Shown here in pieces: positions 62,913 to 64,000 of a DNA stretch of 64,000 nt. The stretch covers positions 5,996,593-6,060,592 of the forward strand of contig JARFYF010000046.1 of the NCBI GenBank assembly GCA_030265395.1, written 5' to 3'. The first letter of the stretch is position 1, and each line of letters begins with the position of its first letter. The notes beneath the pieces were generated by a model, which worked only from the letters and a program-made list of their open reading frames with translations, did not search any database and had not been told where the DNA came from. Origin of the DNA: Rhina ancylostomus (taxonomy: Eukaryota). Position numbers and translations under genes: made by a program.

Positions 62913-63807
62913 TACGTCAAAGATTTTGTGGCACGTGGGTGTCAGTAACAAGACCAGCACTTATTTCCCATTCACAAATGCTGATTCATCTTCGTGAAAC
63001 ACTGCAGTCACTGTGAAGCTTCCCCCCCACCCGGTGGAGTTTCAGGATTTAGAACTAACAGCAATGCTGGAGTGATGATGTATTCCAAGTCAGGACGGTG
63101 TGTCATTTGGATGGGAAGAGATTTGGTGGCATTTCCATGCATCTACTACCCTTTTACCTCGTGGAATGGATACCATATTCTAAGATCTGTCAGGGGAGAT
63201 TACCTACTGGACAGCAGAAAAGGTTAAAGGATGTGTTCAAAGCCTTCTCAAAGAAGTGCAACATCCCCTTTGATTCCTGGGTGTCTCTGGCCCATGACCG
63301 ATCAAATTGGAAGAGGAGCATTCAGACGCCATTGAAATCGCTCACTGCCAGCAGAGCGCGGCCGTAGCGTGTACCATCTCTAAAATTCTCAGAAGTTACT
63401 TGTCAAGTAACTACTGAGCCTTTTAATGCACACTATAGCCACACTGTACTGACAGTGAGGGGGGTAAGTGTCTAGGTTGGTGGATAGGTGCCAGCCAAGT
63501 GCAATGCTTTCAATCAAGTGGTTTGGAAAAGCACAAGCATGGCCAGTTTCTGACTTATTTTGCAATGATTCAAGAACAGGTCAGCTAACATTTACTTTTA
63601 TTCAGCAACAATGAAACATGCAAAAGAAAAATACATGATTGACTAAAATAAAATTGAAATCTTACAGAATGGTGTTTCCCCTAATTATTGAATTAATTTC
63701 AATTCAATAATTTTTTTATTGCAATAATATTGCTAATTTTTCTCTGATATAATTAAGTGCAGTGTTAAATGGAGCAACATTACAGAGTAATCCAATGTGA
63801 CCCTTAC

Positions 63808-63878
63808 CAGGAGATATCCATAATTGATTTGTCAAATAATTCATGAATCACCACCAGGGGGCGTTTCAGGCAGGTAAG
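63808..63878 (-). CDS. HIRA: HIRA coding exon (approx. human exon 10), WD40 region: LTCLKRPLVVIHELFDKSIMDISW
   Basis: 71 bp; AG acceptor 63879-80, GTAAGG donor; manual translation is the HIRA WD40 motif; too short for the ORF track. Earlier exons lie beyond the window end. Confidence 0.95.
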
Positions 63879-64000
63879 CTGTGGAAACAAAGCAACAAAT
63901 GAACACACAAGCTGACTGCAAGATGATGTTTCTTTCAGTTACGTAAACCAGTTAAGACTCTGGCAAAACAAATCAAAGCCAATGCCCAAGCACAAAGGAA

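Overview
Eukaryotic, intron-rich, repeat-dense vertebrate DNA. The repeats (V-domain tRNA-SINEs, CR1/HER1-like, Rex1/Babar-like, RTE-like and Penelope-like relics, Deu-domain SINEs) point to a cartilaginous fish (shark/ray; inference). The window holds the 3' part of one minus-strand gene, HIRA (histone H3.3 chaperone): 16 coding exons from 63878 down to the TAG at 7935-7937, all visible splice sites GT-AG, with consistent phases and sizes matching my recollection of human exons 10-25. One exon runs into an N-gap. A 3' UTR with AATAAA at 7181-7186 follows. Almost all other ORF-track entries are retroelement debris, antisense shadows or N-gap artefacts. No CRISPR, rRNA or intact tRNA gene was seen, and I cannot claim a new biological system. 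Best leads: a 40-bp-stem intronic hairpin, an inverted SINE pair bracketing the B-domain exons, V-SINEs with two different LINE tails, hammerhead-like relics in palindromic Penelope-derived repeats, a B-domain L>F change, and unexplained exon-like segments downstream of HIRA. Repeat boundaries are approximate, and exon numbers and family names come from memory, not a search.
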